DNA of 64,000 bases from Lepidodermella squamata. Taxonomy: Eukaryota; Animalia; Gastrotricha. The notes under the pieces were generated by a model that saw nothing but the letters and a program-made list of their open reading frames with translations, had not been told where the DNA came from and searched no databases. This document shows, in pieces, positions 12,688 through 27,121 of this stretch. Each line of letters opens with the position of its first letter. Positions within the stretch are counted from its first letter, which is position 1. The stretch lies in contig JBLDXI010000020.1 in the NCBI GenBank assembly GCA_047495785.1, positions 310,001 to 374,000 of the forward strand. The letters run 5' to 3'. Both the position numbers and the translations under genes were made by a program.

Positions 12688-15611
12688 CATTTGGCAGCTG
12701 TTCTAGTTTATGCATACCGTCGAGCAGGGTGACTTTGGGCATAGGGGTTGCTTTAACATGCCAAGACATGCTTTAACATGCTTTAACACAATTTCTTTGA
12801 CTTTGACAAACCAAAAATCGAAGGCGGTAAGGTCCCAAGTAGTACTACTGGATGATGATTGTATGATGATTGTTGTAAACCCTGAAACGGAGACGAACTG
12901 AACAGACTTGAATTTTCGCCACTTTTTTACTTTTTGAAATCTTATTGTTATCGCGCTCTCAACTTTGGGATTCGTGCGCTTAAATAATAAATAAATTACA
13001 AAAGAAAGAAAGAAAAGCCTGAATGTGTAAAATACATATCAACAGAACCTATTTCGGTTCATGGAGTAGCAGGTTAAGTCATATAAAATAAGTTTTCGGT
13101 ACATTTTCCGTTGCTGCTCGACGGAAGCCGCCTGGTCAAAATGAAAATGCCGCCTGCCACTTCAGATCCATCCTCCAGGCTATCCAACGGTCTTCAACAT
13201 ACCACAACTTCGATTTTTGATAGACTAAAGTCACTCTATTTCGGCATGTCAAAGTGAACCACTATTTTCACTGTAATCGAATTTTGAAAACAGAAAACGG
13301 CAGTCGATACCTATACGGGTTAAATAATAAACACGAAAAAAGACACTGACTGCTGAACATCAGATTTAATTTTATTCTCTTTTTTTCCACGTCGAACTGA
13401 AAATAGCTTCCCATAATAATTAACGTCTTTTGTACATCACTATTTTTCTCATTCGTAACAGATAAATACAAATATGCTGTAAATAAATATGTCGTTAATA
13501 ATATAATAGTAATAATTTATCAGGAGGAGAGACAATTTAACTAAAAGGGCAATTTGTATCGTTTTGCTGACATCTTTCAACAAACTGATTTCTCAGGCAA
13601 CACCTTCGAGACACCGTTCGATCGTGCTCTGATAGCAGCAAATAACAAATAGCTAATATGATCAGAGCGATAGACTGCTGAATCAAGTCGAAGTCATTAA
13701 TGGCAACATAATTTATGCGTCGAAATGTTGCTTATTCTACGAAGAGGCAATGGCACATGCCGCTGTTATATGAAAATGATATAGCCGTTTTCACAAAAAA
13801 TTCAGCTTAAACAACAAACTTAGCACAAGTCACAGCTTATCATTAAATTGTCTTATATAACGACAGTGTCAAAAAGTTTACCCACACCAGAAATCAAAAG
13901 TTCGACAATATGTAGTCTACATCACGATGAGTTTGCCGGCGAGAACAGTCGCAAAAGAAGAAAGTCTCCAGGTAATAGTAGACATTAAAAATCGAAAATA
14001 AATTGTAGATATCATGATAATGATGATGATGACGCAAAAGTGCTGGAAGTTGGCGTAACCATAAAAATTTCAAGGAGCCTAATTTATGACAATATTCGTC
14101 GATCATAAACAGCGCAACGAGATGAAGATAGGCAAAAGGGTCAGATTTCACTGCATGACATGCGCTAACGTCATCTTCATCATTAACAACGATTGGAAGA
14201 AAAGATAGAGAAAAGAAACAAATCAGACTCAGGCGTCGATTAGTGTCAAGCAACGCAGACGCCGAGCCCGTTAGATTACGAGGTGCTAACGCGAAACAAT
14301 CAACTAGATTGTTGGGAAAACGAAGAATTTCACTAAACAGTACGTAGCATAAGTACCTAATTGTTTATTACCTATAGCGAAAAGCGAGCTGTAAAATGAG
14401 CCCGGTCGGCCCCGTCACATGGTTCTAGGGTAACAATGCACCTGGGCGACGCGGATATATTGCATAAAGTAGCTAAAAACTTGACTATGTATTGATCAAG
14501 ATATGAACGGCTTCTAGCTAAAATGCAATGTATGTATCATCGAATCATCAACATTTATCAAATATGAAGATAGTATATCTCATTTTCTCACAGAGTGGAA
14601 AACGCAGTTTTTGATTGTTATTTCCTCATTCGTACAAGCTATATCATAAGAAATTGAAAAAATAACTAGTCTCTCTCACCGCTTCAAAAAATGCTCGAAA
14701 GAGAGCCATTCATTTAAAAATAACACGAAGCAATCACATTTAATTCATCTTTTCGTTTATCTAAAATATAGCTACCATCATCAGGCAATAATCAAATTCG
14801 AGGTCTAACTCAATTACGTTATTATATAGGTATATAACAGCAACATCACCGCTCGTTGGCGCATCGGGCAACTCACAAGGCGGCGGGCTAGACTGGTCAC
14901 AAAAATAGCAATTTCTCAAGAGTATGATCGAAATATGACTGTAGGAAAATAAAAGGTTAGCATGAGTAGATGACTCATTTGTCCCAGTGTGGGTAGACGT
15001 TTGGTCCTTTGCGTCTCTCTCTAATACTGCTAGACTCAATTGTTCGTCTAGACGATTTGCTCGGGACAGCGGTGGTTATAATAGAGTGGTTATACATTAT
15101 ACATGTCTCAAATTATATTGAATATTTTGATAAGCGGCGATATATATAAATTCAGGGTTTAAATAATTTCATAAAGGTCAACACGTATTTTCATCCAACA
15201 TTTGCAACAATCCATCAAATTTACAGAATAGGGTTAAACAGAATAGTATGGTATTCAATCGAAGAGGTAAAATTAAGAGCAGAGAAAACGACGATGGTGG
15301 CGCAGTGTGGCACGTTCAACGAGGCACAGGCAATTTTTTTTTACAGTAAAAGCACCGGCAACGCTACAATAGATTTAAATACAGTAATGCGGTCAAATAC
15401 AAAGCCAGCCACCGCCTTAAATCTTGCTGGTTACAATGGCTGGCCTATTTAATAATAACACAGCGGACACGCAAATTTCATGGTATAGTCATAGCAGTAT
15501 TATATCAACAAAATTTAGTTGTAAAATGTCTGTTATTATTTTTAGATAGTAGAACACGAATCAACGAGAAAAAACCAATTATTGTCGTCGATATTGAAGA
15601 TACGTTATTAA

Positions 15612-18600
15612 CTATGAATGCCAGCAGAGACTATAAATTATTATTAGAACGAGAGTAGAGTGCTTCTCACCGCGCCGTGTGGCGGATGTGCGTAACGGCA
15701 CCACTGAGCATCTCTTGACATGAACGAGCCAAAGTCTCGGCCAGGGCGCTCTCCGTGCCGAGAATCGCCGCGTTGTGCAGCATGAGGTCGACGTTGGGTG
15801 ACTCTGAAGGCAGACCGTTCGCAAAGGCGATTTGCTGCGACGCATCGGTAGCGAGGCGCCGCGACAGCTCTAGGCAAGACCTGACAGCCACGTCCAGGTC
15901 TTCGATCAACAACCGGAACGCCGAGATCAACCGCCGCACCGCGTCCGATGGCCCGCCGCTGCTGCTCGCCGAACTCGAGCCGTCACCGCTGCCGCCGCGA
16001 GGTTGCGCCCCGGCAGTCGGGTTCGCGCCCGATGACATATTGGCTTCGAACTTCAAAGAAGTCCAGTCAGTACTATTCGGATTAGACAACGTTATAGCGA
16101 CATCGTGCGCCGAAAGCACCGTGAAACAGCGAATCAGCGAGGCATCGCGAGGTAAGCCGAGTAGAGACCGCGCTGTTGTGAACGAATTCGCCGCTCTTTC
16201 GTGGATTCCTCGCGAGTCGGCGAGTATAGCTGCCGATGATCGAATCATCTCATCCGCCTCCCGCATTCCGGTTATCCGCAATTTCCCAGCTAGGATTTGT
16301 TGGTTCGACGACGTTGAACCAGCAGCGACCCGACCAGCTGGTTGCGGCCGGCGGGGTTGTGGCGGCTGCGTGATGAATAGGTCAAGAGGCACCGGAGGTG
16401 TTGAAATTCCGACACGAACCAGCAGCCAGCCGGAAGGAATTCGCTTGCCCTCGGCCGAGAAAAGCGGCAGAGACCGATAGCCGCGTCGAAGCGCAGATAC
16501 CGGCAGCGCTGTGTGAGCGATGAAGTCATCGCCGATGAACTCGTCGTCGAGAATTGCGAATCTCAGCACAGCCAGTTGCGGCAGTCGGACTGAGAACTCG
16601 AACTTGTCGCCTGAGAAAACAGGTCCGAACGAATCTCCTCGCTGCGTCCGCGTTCGACCCCGCGCCGTGTCCAATGGCACGGAATGCACCTCGACGACCA
16701 CGTAAGGATCGACCGAATCCGCCTTGACAGCGTCGGAGCGGCTCGGTCGTGGCAAGTTATGAGCAGCTAGAACTTCGATGTTCAGAACGTGCGGCGCACA
16801 GCCAGGGTACAAGTCGAAAGCGAGGCGATCGACGCCGATCGGTAGCAGTGAATTGACGACAGGCGGGCGTTTCATGTAGCCGACGCTCGCCCACGTTTCT
16901 TTCCGAGCGCCTTCGGGCGATGCACCGGGGTCGGCAAAAAGCGCCGACGCCACCTGGCGAATGAGCGAGGTCGGGCGGGCTGGCCCGGCGACGATCTGGC
17001 ACCCGGTCAGCCAGTAGTGGAAGGGCACGACGGTGTGGTGGTGCGTTGAATTCGCTGATAAGGCCGAATCGATTGGCGAAGTCGGCGGCGAGGTCACTGA
17101 ACCGCCCTGGCACTGGCTGGTATCTAAGGCCAGACGGCTGCTAGCCGCCATCAGCGCAGGCGAGTCAAGCAGTGTGACGCGGATCAGGCTGTTCTGAGCA
17201 GCGGCTGCAATGGTGCCCGACGAACAGACACACTGGCGGAAGGAGGCGAAATCGGGGCCACACGAGTCGATGAGCGCGAGTGGGATGGGCGCGGCGCCGT
17301 TATTGGTGACGCCGCCGAGACTGCGGCCGTTGCCGCCACCAGCCGGCGTGCAGAAAATGAACTGGTAGGAGATCAGCTCGGCGAGATCGGCGACGAGCGA
17401 GCGCGGCGATGCACCGAGGTGCGGTGCGGCCGAAACCACGTCGCTCGAGTCGGCGTTGTCGGAAGTGAAGACAACGCGACCTTCGAGCTCGGCCAGGGTC
17501 GGCATACTGGTCACGACTTGCGGGCCGGTGCCATTCTCAGACGATTTGGCTGACGAGTTCGCAGTCCCCGGCCGTATTACCGTGATAAGCGAGCTGAAGG
17601 CGGCACGGATCTGGGACGCCGCGCGGCGCTGAGCCTCGGGCGAGCAGAAGGCAGAGACGTGTACGATAAGGGGGTACTTGGAGCGGCTGAAGGCATGACG
17701 CGCGATGGCGTTTAGCGCCGACTGCAGAGGCGCGCGTCCCGACGCAGCGTGGCACACGCACACGTCGTTGCCGCTGTAGTCGTGCAGGCACAGCTCGACG
17801 TACTTGCAGCCCGATCGCAGAACTGAAACGTAGTGCTCGATCGGGTCGAGGCCGCAATCGGAAGATCCAAAACTAGAGCCAAGAAAAATAAATCGTCCGA
17901 GAAAAAGATATTACTTGAAGCATTACGTACCATCGACTAAATGCGAACACAAAATAGTTTGTGAAAGGTTCGTTCCCAAAGTCTGGCGATAGGTTCGATG
18001 AAGACTGGGTCTTCGCAAAGGCAGATCCGTCGTCTGACAGAAGGTAATTCTGCAGACCCTCACAGCCGAGCATGTTCGATGCCTTTGCCTGCGAGTTAGG
18101 TTCAAACCGGTCAATGATGCTGTGAGCCAAAGCGTCAGCAGGACATGGTTCCTATTATTAACAGGCATAGTAAAAAATGTAATTGCCACAAGATCGCGAG
18201 TCACTTACGCCTTGCTCACACTCCAAGAATCGCTGGATGTCATCGATAGCCATGTACTCACCACCACCAATAGACGACAAGTTGACGAGTAGAAAGTGAA
18301 CTTCTTGCCAAATCGCAACTTCGTCCACGATTTGCACAAACTCCGTGAAAGATATTTCTGACCGACCGTGAAGCAACTCCTGCCATCAAATAATCAATAA
18401 GTATATATAAATCAAGTCAACTAGGGCGTCAAACCTTCAGCCGAAGCTCAGCGAATAACATAGACGATGCCGGATTAATTTGCTGAATGAGTGAAAGAAC
18501 TTGGTCACGCGCGATTGTGGTCATCCGCTGCAACGCCCCGGCCCCATTCGAGTCCCCATCACTCGCATCGGCGCGAATCGTGGCCTCGCTGCTGTAAGGT

Positions 18601-20873
18601 TCAGATCCTGTGTCGGTCTCGTTTGGCAATTCCTCGATTGCCGTGTGCTCAGGTATAATGGAGGCTGAGCCATTCGACGAAGCGACTGATAAACGCAAAG
18701 GCGCATTGCTACAGAGGCTTGATAGCCACCTTAAAACACACAGGGAAACATATTTACAGGGAAATCGAGAATAAGGCTATCGCATACCCCGCGCGTATAG
18801 CTGATGGCTCGCTAGTCAACGACACCGACGACATGGACCCTGCATCAGCGCCCTGCTGAGAATTCACAGAAACGTTGCTGATGCTACTAGGCCTGCGTTG
18901 TATAGACGCAATTATAGAGCGTAAGGCAGCGACACAAGTCGCCGCGTCTTCCGGACTTGAGGCAATCAGGTCGAGGCAGTTCAGTTCCGCACCGTGAACG
19001 ATCGAGAAAAACTGACAGTCGTTGTACGTCATCGCTGTCGCGTTCGATCGCAAGCTGTCCGTTGATCTGCCAATACATATTTCCCGGACGGAGCTCAGAG
19101 GAACTGTGGGCACACGAATTCATTGATTTTTATCTCTCATCACTTCAATCATGATTAAAACTAACGCTTTGCTTTTGATTTTTTAGTAGGCGACCACCGC
19201 AACTCCATCGCCACGTCGTCGACGAAAAATAACCGCCGATAAACACGGCCATTGGGCTTTATTTTGAGCAAAGCGATCCCGTTCCGAAGCTGGTCGACAC
19301 ATTCGCCAACTGTGAACAAGGCACATTATTATCAAATTATTGACTTGTAGGTAGGTTCGCTTTTTTAATCTGATTTCATTAACCAATATAACCGATTTTT
19401 GATTTTCAGCCCTCGTAAATATACATGTTTGCGCGCCGCAGTGATACGGCAAGATACTTACTACCAACAAATCGTATTATCTGCATCCTACATTACTCAT
19501 TACCGGGCCACGGCCTAATCAGGCTTGTTGCTCCGCGGCAAGAGACAGAACTTATCGTGACATGTAATATATTTACTAGAATAACACGATCCCTTCAGAA
19601 CCACGTAGCTAATGAAAATTTTAGTTGTGGGTTGACTTGGTATATTGCTCAACACAAAACAAGCTATTAACATCTAAGGCGCAGTTTTTTTCTTGTCTAA
19701 AGCGCGAGCATAGCCGAGAGCAAGCAACTGCTAGAATCGGATCAAATCGGATCTATCAATTTTATATAGAAAAATGAATGCGCGCACGGTTGTGGCTCGT
19801 CGTCTACGCCTCTCGGCCGCGATTCGTTTTTTGTCTCTCTACATGCGCACTACGCGCTTGCCTCTTCGTCGCGATGACTCGAGTGAGAGCAGCGTATTTC
19901 CAAAAAATCGATGATAACTAAATCAGCATCAAAGAAAGCATGAGCCCGACGCCGACTGGGAGTATAAAAAGGCAAATGGACCTAGCCCAGTGATGAAGCC
20001 GGCGAACACAGAATAAGACATGCCAAAACATTAAATTGTGTCACAAGACGAACGCGACCGCAGCGTACAAATAACTGCAAAAAGTCAGATCGATGACAGC
20101 CAATATTGCTCAGCCCTGAGCCCGCGCAGTCGCAATAATCGCACATGACGTTCTTTGCGCAAATACAATTGGCCTCACAATTTGGTAATGAGGCAACAAC
20201 CCAAGCAAACACGTCTGCTGTGAACATGCGTAGGGGCTGAAGAAATACAATTTTTTTCTCGATCTGTTTTCCCGGTTTGATTTTGGGGAGTTATTACCGT
20301 GTGAATGAGAAGCCGAGCTGGTTGCAGATAATTGAATTTTACGCTGCTTTTAATGCGGACGCTGAGCCATCAAAGAAATACATGCCGGTTAAGAAAATTT
20401 CACCCAGTAGTTGATAAACGCGGCATGCTTTTAAAACACGCCAGGTTTTAAGCAGCTCGGTCAGCGCATTAATGTAAGGCAAAAAACTGGCGGCCAGCGG
20501 CATGACCTTCAGGTACTACACTTTTGACACGAGTTCCTCGTTTAAGCGTCGCAATTATAAAAAACACGTAATGTATTCCGGTAGCTTAGATAATAACGCT
20601 TTCTGCTATGTGCTTATTTAAAATTAGTTGCGCTCTTTCGGCGTTTAACATAAAAAAAATAACAGACATACCAGTTCGAGCTTTTCGATCACTTCCAAAA
20701 GTTGCAAAGCTCACAGATTTTCGACCAGGCCTGTGAGCTGCTGATACGGCAGAATTACTGCCATGCCCGTTGCTTGACATGCCAGCTGATGACGGGCCAC
20801 AGCGCAGGCTACTTCGCCTGGGCATTCTGGGCTGTGGACTTCGAGGAGATGGAGTGGGCGATATATTGGCCAT
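15612..20873 (-). CDS. PLCL: Inactive phospholipase C-like protein (PLCL/PRIP family): PH, EF-hand, degenerate X/Y, C2, helical tail
   Basis: Exon 20873-20672 has PRRSSL and RKSVSF (PP1-binding RVxF as in PLCL1/2); exon 19309-19166 gives PH start (VGECVDQLRNGIALLKIKPNGRVYRRLFFVDD..LRWSPTKK); EF-like IQRFLECEQG; X box LRSGCKYVEL..HAFSRSKYPLIV; Y box YWLTGCQIVA; C2 DPYVVVEVHSVPLD..LRFAILDDEFIGDDFIAH..LRRGYR. Stop is 15667 if unspliced or 15612 via a short last exon. Confidence 0.85.
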
Positions 20874-23566
20874 TATCACCTAAAGCCAAAATAAAAAACG
20901 CTGCCGAGTGCATAATAATTGAATTTAACAAAATCAACATACCCGTAAATGAAGACGAAGAAAGACTCAGGAATAATTCATCGCGATCGTGAATCGTGTA
21001 TGTCCTATTAAATAGCTTTAGACACTAGAACAAAAATAAATAGGTTATAGGTATATTCTTGACATTGAACACTTTGCGACCAAAGGTGTTCATGCATCGT
21101 AACTAATACGACGGAGAAACAAACAAACTTCAAGCTATCTTCAACAACGTTCGCAAGTATTCGAGCACGAGGGTGAAAGAGCTGCTAGAAATGAGCTCAA
21201 CTTTCAGGAAAATATGTTCCTTGCCTAAGCATAACTAGGGTGATGATGCTCCCATGGCTGAAATCATTTTCCATGTTCACTGAAACCTTTAGTAACAGTG
21301 GTGAGTGCACGCATGATTTAGCAAGTTCTCAATGATTATGAAGCTGAGAGCCATATGACGAATTTTCTTAGCATTATATTGCAAGCTTTCGGTAGAGTAA
21401 AACCAAACTACAACCAATAAATCCTACATAACCCCCAAGACCTGAATCATTCGAGTTGCGATTCAACAGTCAGCAATATGTCTATCACGCCGGCAGAGCC
21501 TTTTGAAGGCAACGTAGAAAGGAACAAGAAAACTGCTGGATTCGAATCTTGGTGTTCGGCACCTTTGAATTACCAGGTTATTTGGCCATAGAAATTACTG
21601 CCGATTAACCATGAAAATGAAAATTCCTTTAATCGCGAGGCGACAGAAAATTCAGCAAGGATGCCAGTTCACTAGGCATCCGATATGAATTCAAGGATTC
21701 GGCTTGAATTCACAGCCAGCCGGTATAGTTAAGCTTTAGAATGCAGTCAGTTGTGGCTACGAGATACTTAGCATGATCGTTACTTATTCTTGTTGCAGAA
21801 TTATCGCGTCAAATCAACACAGATTCCATCGCAAGTATTGCAGGCTTCGCAATAGCATTCATACAAGGCGTGGTCAAATCGATTTCAAGCTTTTTTAACA
21901 AGACCTCACTGACTGTTTAAAATGTGAGGCGCCTTGATAAATATCCTATTTTAAATAATTTACCATTGTATTGACACCATTTCGCCACCGATTCTTGTCA
22001 AGAAGAACAAGAAATAAAAATAACGATATACTGTAAATCAGCGAGTTGGATGTTTCAGCGCAAATGTTGAGTCGTCCACAGCTCGTAATTAGAAAGAAAA
22101 TGAAATAGCGACAGAACTGACATCAGTTTTCAAGGCAAGTGTGAACTTGTCTAAACAACACGTCTTCAGGCTAAAAGCTGATAACTGATAACCGTCTTCA
22201 AAATAGTTCCTAATGATAGCCTTGATAACTGAACCTGAAGAAAGAACTGCAATGAAACAGTAAAAGGTGTAATTATAAACATAGTAGCAATATAAACTGT
22301 TTTTGGCGTAATACCGACCGTAGCTATTCTAACAGAAACAAATAATCATGCGAGTCGTATAAAAGAAATATTTGAAAAATTAATATCAGATGCCCTACAA
22401 CATGGTAAATTGTCGTATAGGGCGTTCGAAGTTTTCCACTTATCCACTTACGCATAGCAACACAATCATGATCGTTTATCAAATACTTGGCGGCTAACAG
22501 ACAAAGACTCATGCGAGACAAGGAGACCAATGCGTACACCAATGCAAAGAAAGATCTTCGTCGGCGGACCTCAAATTCTAGCGGTACTCTATCGCTTAAC
22601 CCAGGACTGGCTAAAAAAAAACAACGCAAACTAGCTGACCTTTTCATGTGATGCGACCCGATTAGCGCCGTCCCTGGGGTTGATCTTGAACTTAAAAACA
22701 GATTATTTCTAAATGTAGTACAATGTTGATGGTCTATAATAGTGTTTGGCAAAATCACAATAATTGAGAATTTCATGTTTATTATATGTGAAATACAAAA
22801 AACGATAAATATTTGTTTATGTGTAAAAGCCACCAAAAAGAAGCGGACTTTAGCGCGCGCATTTTGACCTCGAAGGCTACTTTACGCGGGGACACTTCGC
22901 TTAATAGAATTCATGTTTTTTTCGGAGGTGCCTCCTTTCGCTAATAACTTGAACCATAAGCACCCGTGTCACATTCGTTTCTGCAGAGACTTTACACTTT
23001 ACCCTCTTAGTAGTAGTGATAGTATGTGTTCATGTTTGTTGAAACATTTACTGTATGGCTGATGAGGCCACGAGTTCCACCACCGCTCTCTTATGTTCGT
23101 GATTCGCGGTCTGCGGCTACTTATTTCAGGGGTGACATCCTTGACGCTATTTAACTCGTGGGATCCAAGATTTGTCGTTTTTCTCAGCGATTATCAGCTC
23201 AAACTGTAGCGGCGTTTTGGCGTCAGTTGTCAGTTCTAGGTTGCATTCCTGGCTTATTAGTTGATGATATTGTTGTATCTCATACCTACATACGCACAAT
23301 TGAAAATCGAAGCCTCCTGCTGCCTCCTGGTATCGCCAAGTAATCAGTAACAAAATGAGGAAAATGCAATCTGCTGTATACTCATACCATGCGGATCTAC
23401 AGTTAGACTAAGTTAGAATCGAATGTAATCACTAATATCCGATTCACACACTAATACAAATATGTCTCCATGGGTTTACAGCACAATGTTGATATTAATT
23501 TTTGCACAACGAGACTTTCGGATAAGATGGCTTATTACTTATTATTCTGCTCCTGTAGAAAGTTGC

Positions 23567-24447
23567 ATGGATATTTCAATTCATTTTCAAAACGGTCTTT
23601 TCCTACTGTGGAGTGGAGATGGTTTGTAGGCGAAAGTTTTTTCAAAAGCTAGCGTAAAATGTAATTTTAGCCGTGCGATCCCTGCGATTTATCTATCGAA
23701 TCGTCGGGCAGCCAATTGGCTCTTTGTCTTCGCAACCGATGCAATCTCGTCAACTCACGTTACCCGTTGTCTACACAGCGGAGCAATGCAGGTACTTGTG
23801 TGAGAACAATATTGCAAATGTTTACGAGATAAAAGCATTCAACGTGGAATCTCCTAAATCGAGCGATTCTCAGACAATCACTATGGGTAACTAAATTATG
23901 CGCAGTGTGTTAGCTATCAATTGCTCATCGTCTGTTGCACACAGAATCGTCATGTACCTCGATTAACAAAATGCCATATGCATGGCCTTCTTTGGACGAG
24001 GATGATCGCATGAAATGCCGATATCTAACATTCAAGAGATTGATAGAAGCTGGTCTTTTCGTTTCAAGTGGTCACCGATTTGCTGGAGATTGGATGGTTT
24101 ATCATGAAGATCCCGCAACATGTCACGCCATAATTGTTATTCTTTGTCTCCCTCAAACTAAAAGCAAAGGAAATATGAGCTTCGTTCAAGCCGCAGCCGT
24201 TGATCGAGTGGCGGAGTCATGTCGCAAAAAGCTTATTATTGCTTCTCTATCGGATGAAAATATTTCTTTTCTGCCTTTTGGCTGGTCTTTATCTGATGGT
24301 AAGTCAGAGTTATCAATGACCGATCGATGGCATGAAAATGATGAAGAGTTTCGTTTACTGAGAGACGTTTATTCACGAATCAGCTCACCGAAAAATTCAT
24401 AGGTTTTTATCTGGCAATACTTCCTGTTTCTTGTAGATATATTTTAA
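23567..24447 (+). CDS. TSEN34: tRNA-splicing endonuclease subunit Sen34
   Basis: Exons 23567-23621, 23671-23886, 23945-24298 and probable mini last exon 24437-24447 (stop at 24402 if the last intron is retained). Motifs LRFIYRIVGQPIGSL..P.QSRQLTLP and GHRFAGDWMVYHEDPATCHA..DRVAESCRKKLII keep the Tyr/His/Lys triad. Confidence 0.8.
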
Positions 24448-24460
24448 TAAACCAATTGAG

Positions 24461-25593
24461 ATGCTTCGCTCCGCTGTTAAGCTGCTGCTGGTTGATACTG
24501 GATATGGAAGTGGCCGTTATTTATCGCTGTCGTCATCTCGAATGGCTGGTGGCTCTCTTGTTTTGGCTGAGCATGCCGGTGGAAAATTGTCACCGAGTGT
24601 TTTGAATACTGTTACGGCTGCTACTCAACTGAAAGGCAGTTCAGTCACTTGCGTTGTTGTTGGTCAAAAATCTAAAGACGTTGCTGGCCAACTGTCGAAG
24701 GTTGGAGGTGTTGGCAAGGTTTTGTTCGTAGAAAGCGATCACCTTAAGGGAACCCTGCCTGAGCCTGTTTGTGACATCCTCCTGAAACTTCAGCAGCAAA
24801 ACAATTATTCGCATATTTTAGCACCGAGCACAGCTTTCGGCCGAGTAAAATTTTGGCTTATTGATATTTCAATCGATACTAGCCTTTTATTTATAGGCTG
24901 TAATCCCTCGACTTGGTGCTAAGTTGGACATTGCTCCGATTTCTGATGTGATCAAAGTTAAAGACGGATCCACATTTGTTCGACTAATTTATGCCGGTTA
25001 GTTGCATTTTGTGATGTTATGCCCAATCTTAACTAATGTTTCAAGGCAACGCTGTTCAAACTGTGAAATCTAACGAGAAAGTGCAACTAATGACCGTTCG
25101 CGGCACTGCTTTCGAACCAGCTAAAACCGATGGTTCAGCGTCCGTTGAAGAGCTTAAGGTGGACGTAGCTGCTGGAAAAGCCGAATGGCTGTCTCAGGAA
25201 TTGAGCAAGTCCGATCGGCCTGAACTCGCTAGTGCCCGAATTGTTGTTTCGGGTGGTCGCGGTTTGAAGAGCGGTGATAACTTCAAGCTGTTGTACGCGC
25301 TCGCTGACAAACTGGGTGCCGCTGTCGGAGCTTCTCGCGCTGCTGTTGATGCCGGTTTTGTACCAAACGATTTGCAGGTTGGCCAGACGGGTAAAATCGT
25401 CGCACCCGAGTTATACATCGCCGTTGGTATTTCTGGAGCAATCCAACATCTCGCGGGAATGAAAGACTCGAAAGTTATCGTCGCGATAAACAAAGATCCT
25501 GAGGCCCCAATCTTTCAAGTGTCGGACTTTGGCCTAGTCGATGATTTGTTCAAGGCTGTTCCAGCAATGACCCAGTTGGTTGGGAAGAAATAA
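24461..25593 (+). CDS. ETFA: Electron transfer flavoprotein subunit alpha, mitochondrial
   Basis: Three exons (24461-24844, ~24897-24996, ~25046-25593); transit-peptide-like N-terminus; [66 protein letters not shown]. Confidence 0.97.
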
Positions 25594-27121
25594 ATGAAAA
25601 CTATAAAATGACCTTTTGTTCAAAAACTCGGTAAACGATAAGGTAATAAATCTGTAGGCCAAAATTTCGTTGGTTGGCTAGACGTTATTTACGTGTCACG
25701 GTTGCTATGGTTGTACCTAGCTTGATCATTTTTCTCATGAAGCGATGATATAATAAAAGTAAATCCCTGGCGTTTATGGCCTTATGGAACTTGGGTAATT
25801 TCGACTTGTTGACATCGAAAGCAGCTCAGAGAACATTTTGGGACAAGCTTGACTGTTGAGAAGCCAATTCTGAGGATGAGGATTTCAATGCCACATTCAA
25901 AGATCATTATAGAGTTACCGTGTAACGCGTGACTTCGACGTAAAGGAACATGAAGCAACTTGGAGCTGGCAAAAGGTAGAAAACTTGATGGGCATTATTG
26001 AACTTCCTATTTCAGGGGCTATTTATTTATTATTCATTACTGAGCATTATATCCAGCTATCCGTACAAAAAAAGAAGTGAAATTAAGGTAGTCAGAGTGC
26101 CGTGAAAGTTAAGATCCGTTCATGTGTCCGTGAACTTATTTTATCTTATAATATATGATATGAGCTTCGGTTTGTTCACACTTTTTAGTGGCAGAACTAT
26201 TAACGAAATTCGAAATTTTCGCTTAGACTTAGCTGTAGTAGATAGCGCATCTGCTTTTAAATGAGCAATGTGTCCATCCAAGTTTCCCTTTTCTTCCGCT
26301 ATGGGTTATCAAACGGTCGGAATCCAATTAATGGGATCACTACCTTATCACCCATTTTGGCATCACAGTTTCTCTTCTTGGTCTACCTAGTGTGTGCGAT
26401 TTGATTTATTTTGAGTCAATTTTTGACGATTCGATGTTGGATGATTTGATATTTGAACAAAGATTTGATTCAACTTTAACATAATATTATATTCTACCGA
26501 AGATTCTGCGGGATCTCAATCGAGTCTTCATCAAGTTTGAAAAGGTGGCTTCTCGACTAGTCTAGTCTTAGAAATGTTGATCACTTTTCGAGTGAAGACA
26601 CACCCTTCCATTGCACAATCGCAAAAGTATCATCATCTCATAATATGAGGCCCGCCGTATGATAAGGGCCCTTATCCAATGCTGAATAATATTTTGGAAA
26701 AGTCGATTGTTAAAGTATAGTGCGTAATCACTCCAAATGTGCGACGAAACAGTAGCTATTGGGACCTTTTTCATGCGGCGTGTCTCGCATGCTTGGAAAT
26801 GTGCGTTTTTATCGCAAGCAGTGCAACGAATGTCAAAAAGAACAGAGAAGTACACCTATGTAAAAGATTGTGAAATATGTCAACAAATTAATATTATTTT
26901 GGGTCCACGCGATTAGATTTTGATGAAAATATTTGATTCGCCTGCTCAACGATTTAGGTTAACAATTAAAATCAATGGAATCCCAAACACTGGTGTTTAG
27001 CCACTACATAAGACGGTAGCATTTAATACTACCGTGTCCGTCATAGTCTCATTGACCTCTGTGTCGATTATTTTGAACCAGAAATTAGAAATGATGAATC
27101 CGTTGAAGTTAAATCAAACCA

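Noticed and set aside
15755-16480. 241-aa plus-strand ORF
   Set aside because: Antisense shadow of the GC-rich PLCL exon.
22324-22836. 170-aa minus-strand ORF upstream of PLCL
   Set aside because: Non-ATG start, AT-rich, no motifs or splice support.
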